Source: Octopus bimaculoides (Eukaryota). From it: a DNA stretch of 64,000 nucleotides. Positions 22,425 to 57,531 of this stretch are shown here, piece after piece. A program made the position numbers and the translations under genes. Within the stretch, counting starts at the first letter, position 1, and every line of letters starts with the position of its first letter. The DNA lies in the NCBI RefSeq assembly GCF_001194135.2, contig NC_068982.1:162812661-162876660 (forward strand), written 5' to 3'. The notes beneath the pieces are model-generated. The model made no database searches, had not been told where the DNA came from, and saw only the letters and a program-made list of their open reading frames with translations.

Positions 22425-24190
22425 ATTTATTCAAACAGTTCTGCAGGCCCTATACAGAGATGACATTAGTAAGGTTAAGGTTGGCAATGAGTATAGTGAA
22501 GAATTCCAGGTAGAAGTAGGGGTCCACCAAGGATCAGCCCTCAGCCCCCTCCTATTCATCATAGTCCTCCAGGCAATAACAGAGGAATTCAAGATAAGTT
22601 GCTCCTGGGAGCTCCTCTATGCTGATGACCTGGCCCTCATAGCAGAATCACTACCAGAACTAGAGAAGAAATCCCAGGTGTGGAAGCAAGGTTTAGAGTC
22701 GAAGGGCCTTAGNNNNNNNNNNATAGCAGAATCACTACCAGAACTAGAGAAGAAATCCCAGGTGTGGAAGCAAGGTTTAGAGTCGAAGGGCCTTAGGGTT
22801 AACCTAGCTAAAACCAAAGTCTTAGTAAGTAGGAAGGTGAATACATCACAAACCCCTTCAGGTAGGTGGCCCTGCTTGATCTGTAGAAAAGGTGTAGGTA
22901 GACACTCCATAAGATGTACCCAGTGTAAGCTATGGATGCATAAGAGGTGCAGCAATATCAAANNNNNNNNNNTCCATAAGATGTACCCAGTGTAAGCTAT
23001 GGATGCATAAGAGGTGCAGCAATATCAAAGGACGATTAACTGGGAAGATAGCTTTCATGTGTGGCAGATGCACAGGGGCAATAAACACCACACATGCTAA
23101 GAAAATAGATTCCATCATATGCCAGGGGGAGAAACTAGAAATAGTTCATAGTTTCTGCTACCTAGGGGACCAAGTCAGTAGAGGGGGTGGATGCTCAGAG
23201 AGCATTACCACTAGAATAAGAATTGCCTGGGAAAAGTTCAGACAGCTTCTACCCTCACTGGTGACAAAGGGCCTCTCGCTCAAAGTGAAAGGTAGATTGT
23301 ATGAGGCATGCGTGCGAACTGCCATGCTTCATGGCAGTGAAACATGGACTGTGACTGCTGGAGACATGCGTGGACTCAAAAGAAATGAAGCTAGCATGAT
23401 CCGCTGGATGTGTGATGTCAGTGTGCACAAACAACAGAGTATAAGCACCCTGAGAAAAATGTTTGACATCAGAAGCATTGGATGTGACATGCAAGAGAGA
23501 CATTTGTATTGGTATGGTCATGTACTACGGATGGAGGAGGAGAGATGTGTGAAGAAGTGCCACTCCCAAACTGGAAGGAATCTGGGGTAGAGGGAGACCC
23601 TGGAAGACATAGGATGAGGTGGTGAAGCATGACCTTCAAATGTTGGGCCGCACAGAGGAAATGACGAAAGATAGAGATCTCTGGAGATATGCTGTAACAG
23701 AGAAGACCCGGCAAATAAAGTGAGATCACAGCTGTAACCTACACCAGTGTCATGTAACCAGCCAACTCAAAAAGTACCATTGGATCGTAGGGCAACATAC
23801 CGTGCTTGAGGAGACCTATTGAGTCAAGTACATCAAAACCAAAATGATATCAAATCACAATCAAATGAAAATTGTAGTTGCGGTCCCCGTACCGGTGACA
23901 TGTAAAAAGCACCATCCAAACGTGGTCGATGCCAGCCCCCTCGACCCGACTGGCTCTCGTGCCTGTGGCATGTAAAAAGCACGATCTGATCGTGGTCGAT
24001 GCCAGCCCCCTCTGGCCCCTGTGCTGGTGGCTGTAAAAAGCACCCACTACACTCTTGGAGTGGCTGGCATTAGGAATGGCATCCATTTGTTGAAACATCA
24101 GACTGGTGCAGCCTCCTGGCTTTCCAAACCCCAGTTGAACCATCCAACCCATGCCAGCATGGAAAATGGACATTAAACTGATGATTCTGC
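22425..24190 (+). mobile_element. RTE-clade LINE, 5'-truncated
   Basis: GVHQGSALSPLLF..LLYADDLAL..NLAKTK..YLGDQ..WYGHVLRM; 3' UTR modules and tail; two 10-N gaps with duplicated flanks. Confidence 0.93.
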
Positions 24191-26374
24191 ATAAATGTCT
24201 GTACTGTAGATGAATAGTGTCCATTGTTGTCTAGGTTTTATAACTCTAGAGGTTTGGCATTTATAATTCAGTTGTTGATTGTACGAATGTTCACTTCCCA
24301 ACCACATGGTAACAAGTTCAGTCTCACTGTGCAGCACCTTGGAGTCATACTATAATCCCACACCAACCAAAGCCTTGAGTGAATTTGATGGATGGAAACT
24401 GAAAGAAGCCCATGTATGTGTGCTTATGCCTGCTTGTCCTGACATCACGTGAATTGTAAATATGTGTCACCATCATTACAAATGGTACTATTTGTTTCCA
24501 ATCTTCCATGAAAACATGTCTGGTCTTGGGGACCTTACTTAGAAGTAGATGAGAGTTAATCACAGGAAGGGCATCTGGACATAGAAAATCTGCCCCAACA
24601 AATTCCACCTACCCATGAAAGCACTGGAAAGTGAATGCTAAAATGATAATGATTGAATATTGAACAGCTATTTACCTGTTGTTTAACCTCAGAGATGAGC
24701 AAATCTATCATGAACAGCATTCCAACTATGACCATCTCATTCTTGTTAGGACTATACTGTTCAATGTTCCCTTTCCATTTCAAAACAGTAGTGTAATTTG
24801 ACGGAAATTTGGATGCTATTTCCAATAGGCTGAGAGACCATATAAAGGCTTGCTTGTTAGCTTAGTTATATGGTTGTTATAGTTTTCTTGATTGGAGCTG
24901 AGCTGGGGCTAAGGGATTCAGTCTCTGATCAATATTTTTTTCTTTTTTTTTTTTAAGGAAGAAATGCTCTATCACTTGATAGTTGAATGATGCGGAAGAT
25001 ACATTAAACATCTTTAATTACTTTCAAAACCATTCTTCATTGAAGATTGTCTAGTGTTACCATGTCTAACAGTTACCAACGAGATGTTACTGACCAACAA
25101 AACTGCTCCTAGATAAATTATAAAACTTTCTGCCTCTCAACGTTTTCCATATAAACAGTTTAGAAGGGTCTGTATTGATCCCTTGCAGGCTAGGAGACTA
25201 TAAAAATGACTCACTATCTTGACCTAATTAATAAAAAAAAAAAAATAAAAAAAAAAAAAAATCCACTTGGATCTATCACTAGATAGCAAAGTGGCAGAAA
25301 TGGTAAGTTGCTAAGCTAAATGTATTAGAGTATTGATTTTTGTTCTACATTCTAGGTTCAAAACTTGCCAGAATCAACGCTGCTTCATCTGTCCAAGCCT
25401 GACAAAGCAACAATAAACTACCAGATCACTTCAACTGACTTTATATCCACACCCGCTACAGATATTGATTTTGTAACCAATCAAACAAAATCAGTATTTG
25501 ATCATATTTTAATTTCTAGAAAAAAAAGAAAAATCCAATATTTTGCTTACTGTGAAACACCTGTAAAATCTGTATTTACCAGTCACTAAACATAGGTTTT
25601 TAGTAACCTGTTTGAACAAGATTTAATACTTCTATTATTAATACTGTCTCTATTAAGTTTTGTTTGTGATACTTCTGAGTCACAAAATGCTCACTAGAGA
25701 GAATTTATAGCAGGTATCAACTTAAGCTGAGGTTAACAGACACAATGAAATGTTAATAAGGAAACACTATACAAAACAATTTTGACTAAAGCACAATAAA
25801 GAAATCAACTGCAAATAAGGATTTCATGTAAATTACCCTCTTCACATGTAAATCTGATTATTATCCTGAAGCTTATACAGTTATCTGAATGTTGGAGATC
25901 ATGTGCAATTGAACACTATCAGTATAAGTAAACAACAGAAACCCAATAAAATGAAATCAAATTGGAAATTTTCTGAAGCTGGAGATCTAATTCTCCAAAT
26001 TAAACTTTCAACTTAGCAAAGCAAATATTTTACATAGTTCCATAAACTAATAATCTGTTACATGGAATTCTGAAAATATGCTTCCACAAAAGGAGGTAAG
26101 TACGATCTGTTGTTACTGGTTCCCTTGCAGGTTCTCCAAATCCAAGTAAAAAAAAAATAAATAAATAAAAGTGAATATTTCAATCACTTGTTCTAAGACT
26201 GAATGAAACCTATGAAAGCCACTAAGTTCTTGGTTATAAGTTCTAACAAAATGCATTTGCAAACACACAAAATATTTTTTTTTTAGATTATAGATTTATC
26301 AAAACTTTATCAACACATGGCTACTATTGGCCTATTGATGTATCTGTATTCTCTCTCATTTCTACTGAAATGCT

Positions 26375-27305
26375 CTTCTGCACCAGTAAACTGTTTCATG
26401 GCAGTGAAACATGGGCTGTAACTGCTGAGGACATACGTAAGCTCGCAAGGAATGAAGCCAGTATGCTCTGTTGGATGTGTAATGTCAATGTGAATACCCG
26501 TCAGAGTGTAAGTATCTTGAGAGAAAAGCTGAACATTAGAAGCATCAGTTGTGGTGTGCAAGAGAGACAATTGCGCTGGTATGGACATGTGGTGAGAATG
26601 GATGAGGATAGCTGCGTGAAAAAGTGCCACACCCTAACAGTTGAGGGAACCCGTGGAAGAGGTAGGCCCAGGAAGACCTGGGCTGAGGTGGTGAGGCAAG
26701 ACCTTCGTNNNNNNNNNNNNNNNNNNNNNNNNNNNNNNNNNNNNNNNNNNNNNNNNNNNNNNNNNNNNNNNNNNNNNNNNNNNNNNNNNNNNNNNNNNNN
26801 NNNNNNNNNNNNNNNNNNNNNNNNNNNNNNNNNNNNNNNNNNNNNNNNNNNNNNNNNNNNNNNNNNNNNNNNNNNNNNNNNNNNNNNNNNNNNNNNNNNN
26901 NNNNNNNNNNNNNNNNNNNNNNNNNNNNNNNNNNNNNNNNNNNNNNNNNNNNNNNNNNNNNNNNNNNNNNNNNNNNNNNNNNNNNNNNNNNNNNNNNNNN
27001 NNNNNNNNNNNNNNNNNNNNNNNNATTTTCGAGTGAGATCGTTGCCAGTGCCCCTGGACTGGCTTGTGCGGGTGGCACATAAAAGACACCATTTCGAGCG
27101 TGGCCGTTTTCGTGCGGGTGACACGTAAAAGCACCCACTACACTCTGAGTGGTTGGCGTTAGGAAGGGCATCCAGCTGTAGAAACTCTGCCAAATTAGAT
27201 TGGAGCCTGGTGTTGCCATCCAGTTTCACCAGTCCTCAGTCAAATCGTCCAACCCATGCTAGCATGGAAAGCGGACGTTAAACGATGATGATGATGATGA
27301 TGACT
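26375..27305 (+). mobile_element. RTE-clade LINE 3' fragment (N gap inside)
   Basis: HGSETWAVTAED..GRGRPRKTW; identical tail type. Confidence 0.9.
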
Positions 27306-27875
27306 AATCGAGCTCATCAGATTCACAAATCTTTCTTATCCCTACTGTCACTCAACCAAAACTACACACACACACCGATGTCAAGGTTTACAATAGCTAT
27401 GGCTTGTATCTTGTTACTTGTGGACTTTACAGTTAAATGAAATGCATATGTTAAGCTACACAGTTAATGTTTAACTGGCACAAGAGAAAAGAATAGTAAG
27501 AGGAGATAACACATAGTTCTGTATCACAAGCACTAAGAAAATACTGAATGCACATGTTACTGCAAGATTTAGTATGAAATTGAAGGGGAATCAAATGGAC
27601 TTTGAAGAGAGAAAGATCAATACTTTGAAGAGAGAAAGATCAATACTTGCAGAAACTGAAATTAGCCCTCAGTGAGCAAAAAACCCTTCAAACCATGATC
27701 ATTTTATCTTCTTGAGCATTGCATATCTAGGACTACATTACACAACATCTCTTGCTTTTCAAGATGACAGCAGGTAATTTGATGGGTGTTCCTAGCAGGT
27801 CAAAAGACTACATAAAGCTCTCTGGGCTCAATGTAGAGCAGTTCTGGGAGGAGTGGTGGTTGCTAAGCGCTTGTT

Positions 27876-28249
27876 GTTGTTGGCACTCTGTCGAGGCTTC
27901 CAGTTGATCCGATCAATGGGACAACCTGCCCATGAAATTAACGTGCAAGTGGCTGAGCACTCCACACACACGTGTACCCTTAACGTAGTTCTCGGGGATA
28001 TTCAGCGTGACACACTGTGACGAGGCTGACCCTTTGAAATACAGGCACAACAGAAACGGGAAGTAAGAGTGAGAGAAAGTTGTGGTGAAAGAGTACAGCA
28101 GGGTTCGCCACCATCCCCTGCTGGAGCCTCGTGGAGCTTTTAGGTGTTTTCGCTCAATAAACACTCACAACGCCCAGTCTGGGAATCGAAACCGCGATCC
28201 TATGACCGCGAGTCCGCTACCCTAACCACTGGGCCATTGTGCCTCCACT
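27876..28249 (-). mobile_element. Full-length tRNA-derived SINE with 12-bp TSD
   Basis: Head ggaggcacaatggcccagtggttagg..gtttcgattccc (A/B boxes); (AAC)n tail; TSD taagcgcttgtt at 27864-27875 and 28250-28261; 3' fragment also at 62525-62610. Confidence 0.9.
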
Positions 28250-31200
28250 TAAGCGCTTGTTACATTAACAATAAACAGAGTTCTCTTAAGACTGAGATAT
28301 GCTTTGTTTCTACTAAATTTGATTTCTTTATTGAATTTAGAGCTCATTGAACAAGTGTTAGTAAATTATTAGTATTTATTCCCCCAATTAGTGAAATTCT
28401 ACATAGTCAATTAACCTGCTAGAAATAACCACCAATTTCTCACTCAAACCATATCCTACTGCTTTTCAAAAGAAAAAAATCATATGGACATATTTGATGG
28501 TGCAGTCAAAGAAGATTAGATCACACCTGGAATACTTTAGTATAGGTCTACTTAATCAGGACTGACTTGGAGGCTAGACAAATCATTCTATCAAGTTCTG
28601 AGGGATAAAGGCCCAACTGATTCCAATAGGATTTGAACTGAAAAGATCATACAAATCTAGCACTTTTTTCCTCATTTATTTCTAACATTACCCAAAAGAA
28701 AATCATCTCCAAAAATTACCAAATGGACAGGTGCCTATAACTACACAAAAGAGATCTTGCTTAGAAGAAACTAAAATATTCTCTTATTGAAAAGGTAAAG
28801 AAATAGACTGCAGACAAATGTTTTGGATCTGGTTGAAGACAGTCCCTAAGTGGAACCCTATATCACTTTTATGAAAGAATTTGGTGAAAAATCACAACTT
28901 GGAATGGATGAGCAGATAAAAACATTTAGATCTCCAATTTAAGAAGAAAAAAGAAAATTTTCATAGAAATAATACTGCCAAAAGACTGAAAAAGTATGTA
29001 ACTCTTTATGTGAGGATGAAATCAAATATGAAACCTTAATTGAAAAAAAATGTGGATACAGAAACCTTTCTAAGGGATACAGTTTAGATATAGAAAAAAA
29101 AATTCTAAGACTATAAACAGTATGAAGGTAACTCTCATTTCAAATTAGTGAGCAATAAAGACAAGCAGGACTGTTAGAAATTACAGATTTTATAAATTTC
29201 CTTTCTATTTTGCTGCATAAATTTATAGATCATTATAATGCTTTATTATGTTAAATTTGGTGATTCTCCTCCATAGACAAGGCTGTTGAAAGCAATACTT
29301 GAATACATGTTGTGTCAAGCAGAATGGTATAGATTTCTGGCAACTGCTCTTTAGCTAAAAAGAACCTCTTGGTGTTTCTGAGTCAAAACTGTAAAATGGT
29401 TTCCATTGCATTTATACAACCAAGATGTTTGCTAGAGGTATACACATTACAACTTCCCATGTACTTCTTTAAAATGTAGCAGTTTCTATTTACTCAAAAG
29501 AAATCAAACTATATAAGCACCAATGTCTGTTTTGAATTAACATTAAAATGAATATTTTCCAAAATTTGCATCCTGGAATTATACATGATAGAAAAAAAAA
29601 TCTTAGGTTGGAGGTCCTCCTGAAGTAAGACAAGGAAGATTCAAGAAAAGACTGATAGTTGTCATGGAGTGGTAAATTCTCCATTTTTCTGTATCACTCA
29701 CTTTCTCAGCTGACACTGTATAGACAAAATATATACTGGAATACTACAGTTATTAAAATTCTTCATTTAAAAATATCTCCAAAAAGTCACTATGTAGTTT
29801 CAAACATGAAGTAGAGCATAATTATTTGTTGTTTCACAAATAAATTTGTTTATATTTACAAAATATTCAGGTATTATGCTCTGTTAAATGGACTTAATTT
29901 ATATAAAAGTTTGATACTTTATATATTACACAATTACTTTCATATCTCATTTAAAAGAAATCTTGGTTAATATGGATGGATATTAACTTAACATTGAGGT
30001 GCAGGCATATGGTTAGTGCGTTTCTGCTCCTACCTATGAAGAGTCAAATTTCAGTATCCAAGCAAAGCCCAATGCCTCAACTAGCCAAACTAAACATTTT
30101 TTTTTTTAAATACAAAAATTTTGATGCTTGTATGAGACCTTCAATTGACAAAATCAATAAAGTTTATATTGCTAACTGATGTGTCAACTCTTCATATGTT
30201 TTTTTCATGATACTAAATTCTATTTATGGACAAATTACTTGATTCTTAATTACACAAGTCCCTCTAGCAGTAAATTGGCATCAGATGAAATGCCTTGTGG
30301 AATTTATTCTGGCTTGTGTTCTGAGCATTCACTGGAGTCAATTTTATCCTTTATGGTCAATGAATAAAGTTCCAATCTAGGATGGTGAATTGGCAGAATC
30401 TATTAGTGCTCTAGCTGGTATGCTGTGCAATATTTGTTCCAGCTCTTTGTGTCCTAAGTTTAAACCCTACCATGGTCTACCTGAATGATAGACTTAGCCC
30501 ATTACCTAGTTTAACATCTCTACCTGGTCCTTGAGTGCCTTTAGAGAGTCCACTCTGTACATGTAAACAATTGAGACAAGTCTGTGGCTTGAGGTTTCCA
30601 TCCCATCAATAGAGGAAACCTTGAAAAAGGGTCATGAGCCCTGCCCAAACAAATAAAAACTATTATCATAACCATTTCATACTGATTACACCCATGTTCA
30701 AGATAACACTTCCCATCTGTTTAATACTGATTTTCTTTAACAACCCTGTAAAACAGGCACTTAAATTTATCAAGATTGATTGTTCAGTCTTTACTGTCCA
30801 CTTATCACCTATCTAATGCCTCACAGTTTGAAGGAGAGAGAAAATTTGTTGTCAAATGAAGCAGCTGGTTACTTCTAGTTTTATATATCATAATGTTGAA
30901 CCAAATTACATCCTACCCTTTTAGAAAAGAAGGATACAGTGGATGATGTGGTGCTGGACACAGTGCCGGAAAAAAGAGAATGGTCACAGCTGGTATTCTT
31001 TGATTTTAAAGTCTAGTGAATCAAGGCTGACTTCAGGCTGAACAACATATATACATATATCATGCACACTCAGATTGAGCTCTTCATTAAAAAACAAATA
31101 CATTACTACGAACACACAACCAAAATGCCACCACTTGTAATATCACCACCGCAAACATGCTGTGACAGACAAGAAAGAAAATTCTTTTAAAATTTACTTT

Positions 31201-31861
31201 CACAGATATTTTAAAACCTTTTTCTCTAAATATTTTTTATTTATTGAAAGAAAAAAAAAGTTCCATTTGCAAGGAAAAAGATATACAATCTGATGGAGGT
31301 CATTGAAGAATTGCATGACATTTTGGCCATGTCAGATTGTATCACAGAGGTTTGTGGCTTAGTTGGAAGTCAAGATAATGATACAGTTGACATGAGGAGA
31401 ACAAACTTACACATGCATGAAAGAGAGAGGGAGTGGACTTAGACTTTTTGTAATGAATTAGTTCTTTTGAAAACTGATGAATCCAAATTTAAAACTGATG
31501 AATTAGAATTTAGAGATAATGATGAGGAGATGGAGATTATAACTGATCTTAAACTAAGGATAAAATAACACTGTCCTTTGCCCTATAACCATCAAAACAT
31601 GGAAGAAACCATTATCTAGTTGTAGAGTATGTCAGGATTCACAAGTACCTAGTAGTTAGGTAAGTCAGGAACCACAAATACCCAGTTGTGAGCTAAATCA
31701 CATGCGCTCAGTAGTTGACTGAGTAATAAGTGTCCAGTAATAGGACAATTTAAGATCTATGAAACTCTAGCAGTGGGTTGAGCTTTTGGTAGGTTAATAT
31801 GAAGCAACATGCAGTTAAACAGGACTGCACAGTATATGCATATACATACACAGTGTGTGTG

Positions 31862-31909
<48 letters not shown>

Positions 31910-33865
31910 CACAACATATATGTACATACAATTATTGACAGACAGCAGGCAATTTAGAGAAAATAAAGTGTCAAATATTACAGAGATTAAATGACTCTGA
32001 AAGGAATTGGAAATTACTCTAAAAAATTCCTTCTTCCAAGAGGATGATATCATTTAACTTATGCTGAAAAAACATAGTATTCATGCTGATGTTAAATGTG
32101 TGAGGTTGATGGCAATTCTGAAAGATAATGAAGAGAAGCCAAGTAGCCATATAGCTGTTAGGTATTTACAAGCAAAGCTTATAGCACATCAAAGTGTATC
32201 TCAACAGCCAGGATTTCATCAGTTTTCATAAAATCCGATTGAGAATTCCTCCACTTTACAGAAAAAATATTATAAGACAGAATAAAAAAAAATGATGGGC
32301 AGGATATTTTTTGATAAGTTGGTGTAAAAATCAAAAATATAAAGTGGAAATTTGACAAACATTGACATAGCTGGCAAAATATCAAAATGAATTGCATATT
32401 TATAGTGGAGAATAACTATAAATAAATAACACCAGAATGACCATTATGTACATACATATGCTGGGGCTACAAACATTCTTCTGTCCATAACATACATAAA
32501 ATGCTGCCATGAAATGTTTAACGATGGTAGAAAACAGAAAAAGTTAAACAGCAGAACACAATGCCTGCAGCAATCAGAACTCCACAAACTGAAGTAATCA
32601 AAAATACTCCTGAACAGATTCAGTTACGCAACAAACAACTTTTACTCAAAAAGGAGTAAAATAAAAAGATTGCTGCTGTCAAATAAAACAGTGAGACTGT
32701 CTCCATTTGAAAGTTTTGCAGCATGGTTTACAATAATGTTAATGCACTGCACATTATAATTAGTAAATTTATTAATAAGGAAAGCAGTTGTAAGCTTTTT
32801 ACTTAACATCACCATCCAATTTTGTGTTATCTTCTCAAAAATTAATTTCACACATAATTAGAAGGTTTAGATCATAAGAAATAAAGTGGGGGAAAAAATA
32901 TTTGAATTTCTCTCTTTCAGCATTTTGTTTTCTTGTCTTTACTAACATCTACAAATATCCAGCCATTAAGTTTTCAATTAATGAAATTAACAAATTAGAT
33001 GAACAATAAGGGCCAGTAGGTTCAGGGACAGATTTTGTTACTCCATTTGAGAACAGAAAAGTTTCAACATTATTGCATTGAAAAAGAAAAAAAAATATTT
33101 GTGGTAGAGAGAGTTGAGCAATATGGAGACCATAAATGAAAATGGTGTTGTAATTTAAGTTGTAATAGTATGTTTAATGACCATTTACAGGGTGATAACT
33201 TCTCTTAAAGGACCAATATATTTGAATCAATATACTGAGAAAAAAAACAACTACAATTTTGTTTTAGAAATACCTGTTAAATGGTGTATGTGTTGAAGAG
33301 AGAACATTATCTTATAGAAATTCTAATAAATAGAACTATTCAGTTTGTAAGCAGTACATTTTAGAATATTTCAAAATTTCTCTGGGATTTAAAAAAAAAC
33401 TTTTGGAAACAAAACATACTTCATTAAATTTATCTGAAAAAAAAACCCAAAAAAAACAGAAAGATCAAATAAATTGTAGTAGAGCAATTTGAGAGATCTA
33501 TATACACAGAAATGCAGTGTTTCTAAATGAGACCTTACAGCATGGTAAAACCTCTTGCTCTTTGTAAGGTATTAAAGTTTCTTAAAACTATTCTCTCTTT
33601 CTTTAATAATTCATATTCATTCAAGTTATTTCATTCATCTATCTTTCACTTTCTTCTTAAAATTTCATTTCTCTGATTCTATAAATTGATTACAAAAGAC
33701 AGTACTAGTGGAAGGAAACCAAAGTTAGTGTATCAGAATGTTTGATCCACAACCATTTTAAAGAAAGAATAAGAAAACAGAACTGATGAAAAATAAGACA
33801 ATAGCCACATATTGAAGCTGGAACAAGAATAGGAGAGTTCAGCTGAACTGTAATGGTGTAGCAGA

Positions 33866-57001
<23,136 letters not shown>

Positions 57002-57002
<1 letters not shown>

Positions 57003-57531
57003 GTTGAGGATAAAACTGTAGCGGTCCTGACAGCCAGATAGAGGTTGAGTGATATGACAGACCTCTCTACAGTTGTGACAGTAGTATGAGAAAGAAAGAT
57101 GTAGTGGAGAGGAGGGTGTAGTCAGCAGTAATTGAGAGTAGCTGGAGAGGTTTCATAAAGCCACGTCTTCCAGCATGGATGACAACAGGAAATTATACCT
57201 ATTTATTTCCCTTTCAACAACCCGGCAACTTTAACAAGTAGCTCAGTTTAATGAACTGTATATCTTTTTATTTTCCTAACCACATACATTTTATCTTCTC
57301 AACTACATATTAAAATTAAAATATTTTGGTGTCATTTCTAAATTGTAATTCACTTTTCTTATTGTTGTTTTACTAAAATATAGTGATGTGTCAGTGGGAG
57401 TAAGATGTCATCCTAGAATAGCATGCCACGTCTTCTGTATACAGAGCCTCGTTTTAATATAATATAATGTCGACTACTATGACGTCACTAAACCGGAAGT
57501 GTAGATAACCAGAGTAAAGAAGACAGCAGAA
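57002..57531. promoter_or_regulatory. Bidirectional promoter SURF4/TADA1
   Basis: Divergent ATGs ~530 bp apart; TGACGTCA at 57480-57487, ACCGGAAGTG at 57492-57501, GCCACGTCTTC at 57160-57170 and 57425-57435. Confidence 0.7.

Noticed and set aside
22645-23030. Apparent tandem duplications within the RTE RT
   Set aside because: Each duplicate flanks a 10-N gap exactly, which is typical of unmerged contig overlaps.
27598-27648. 23-bp tandem duplication (similar ones at 53068-53122 and 62545-62595)
   Set aside because: Ordinary slippage events with no functional context.
33375-33395. ttctctgggatttaaaa resembling SURF4 ILWDLK
   Set aside because: Wrong strand and downstream of the stop; the real exon is 35898-35941.
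19200-33800. Possible additional gene between convergent TECPR1 and SURF4
   Set aside because: No exon chain with recognisable homology found by eye; content is explained by repeats and probable UTRs. A small-exon gene cannot be fully excluded without RNA-seq.
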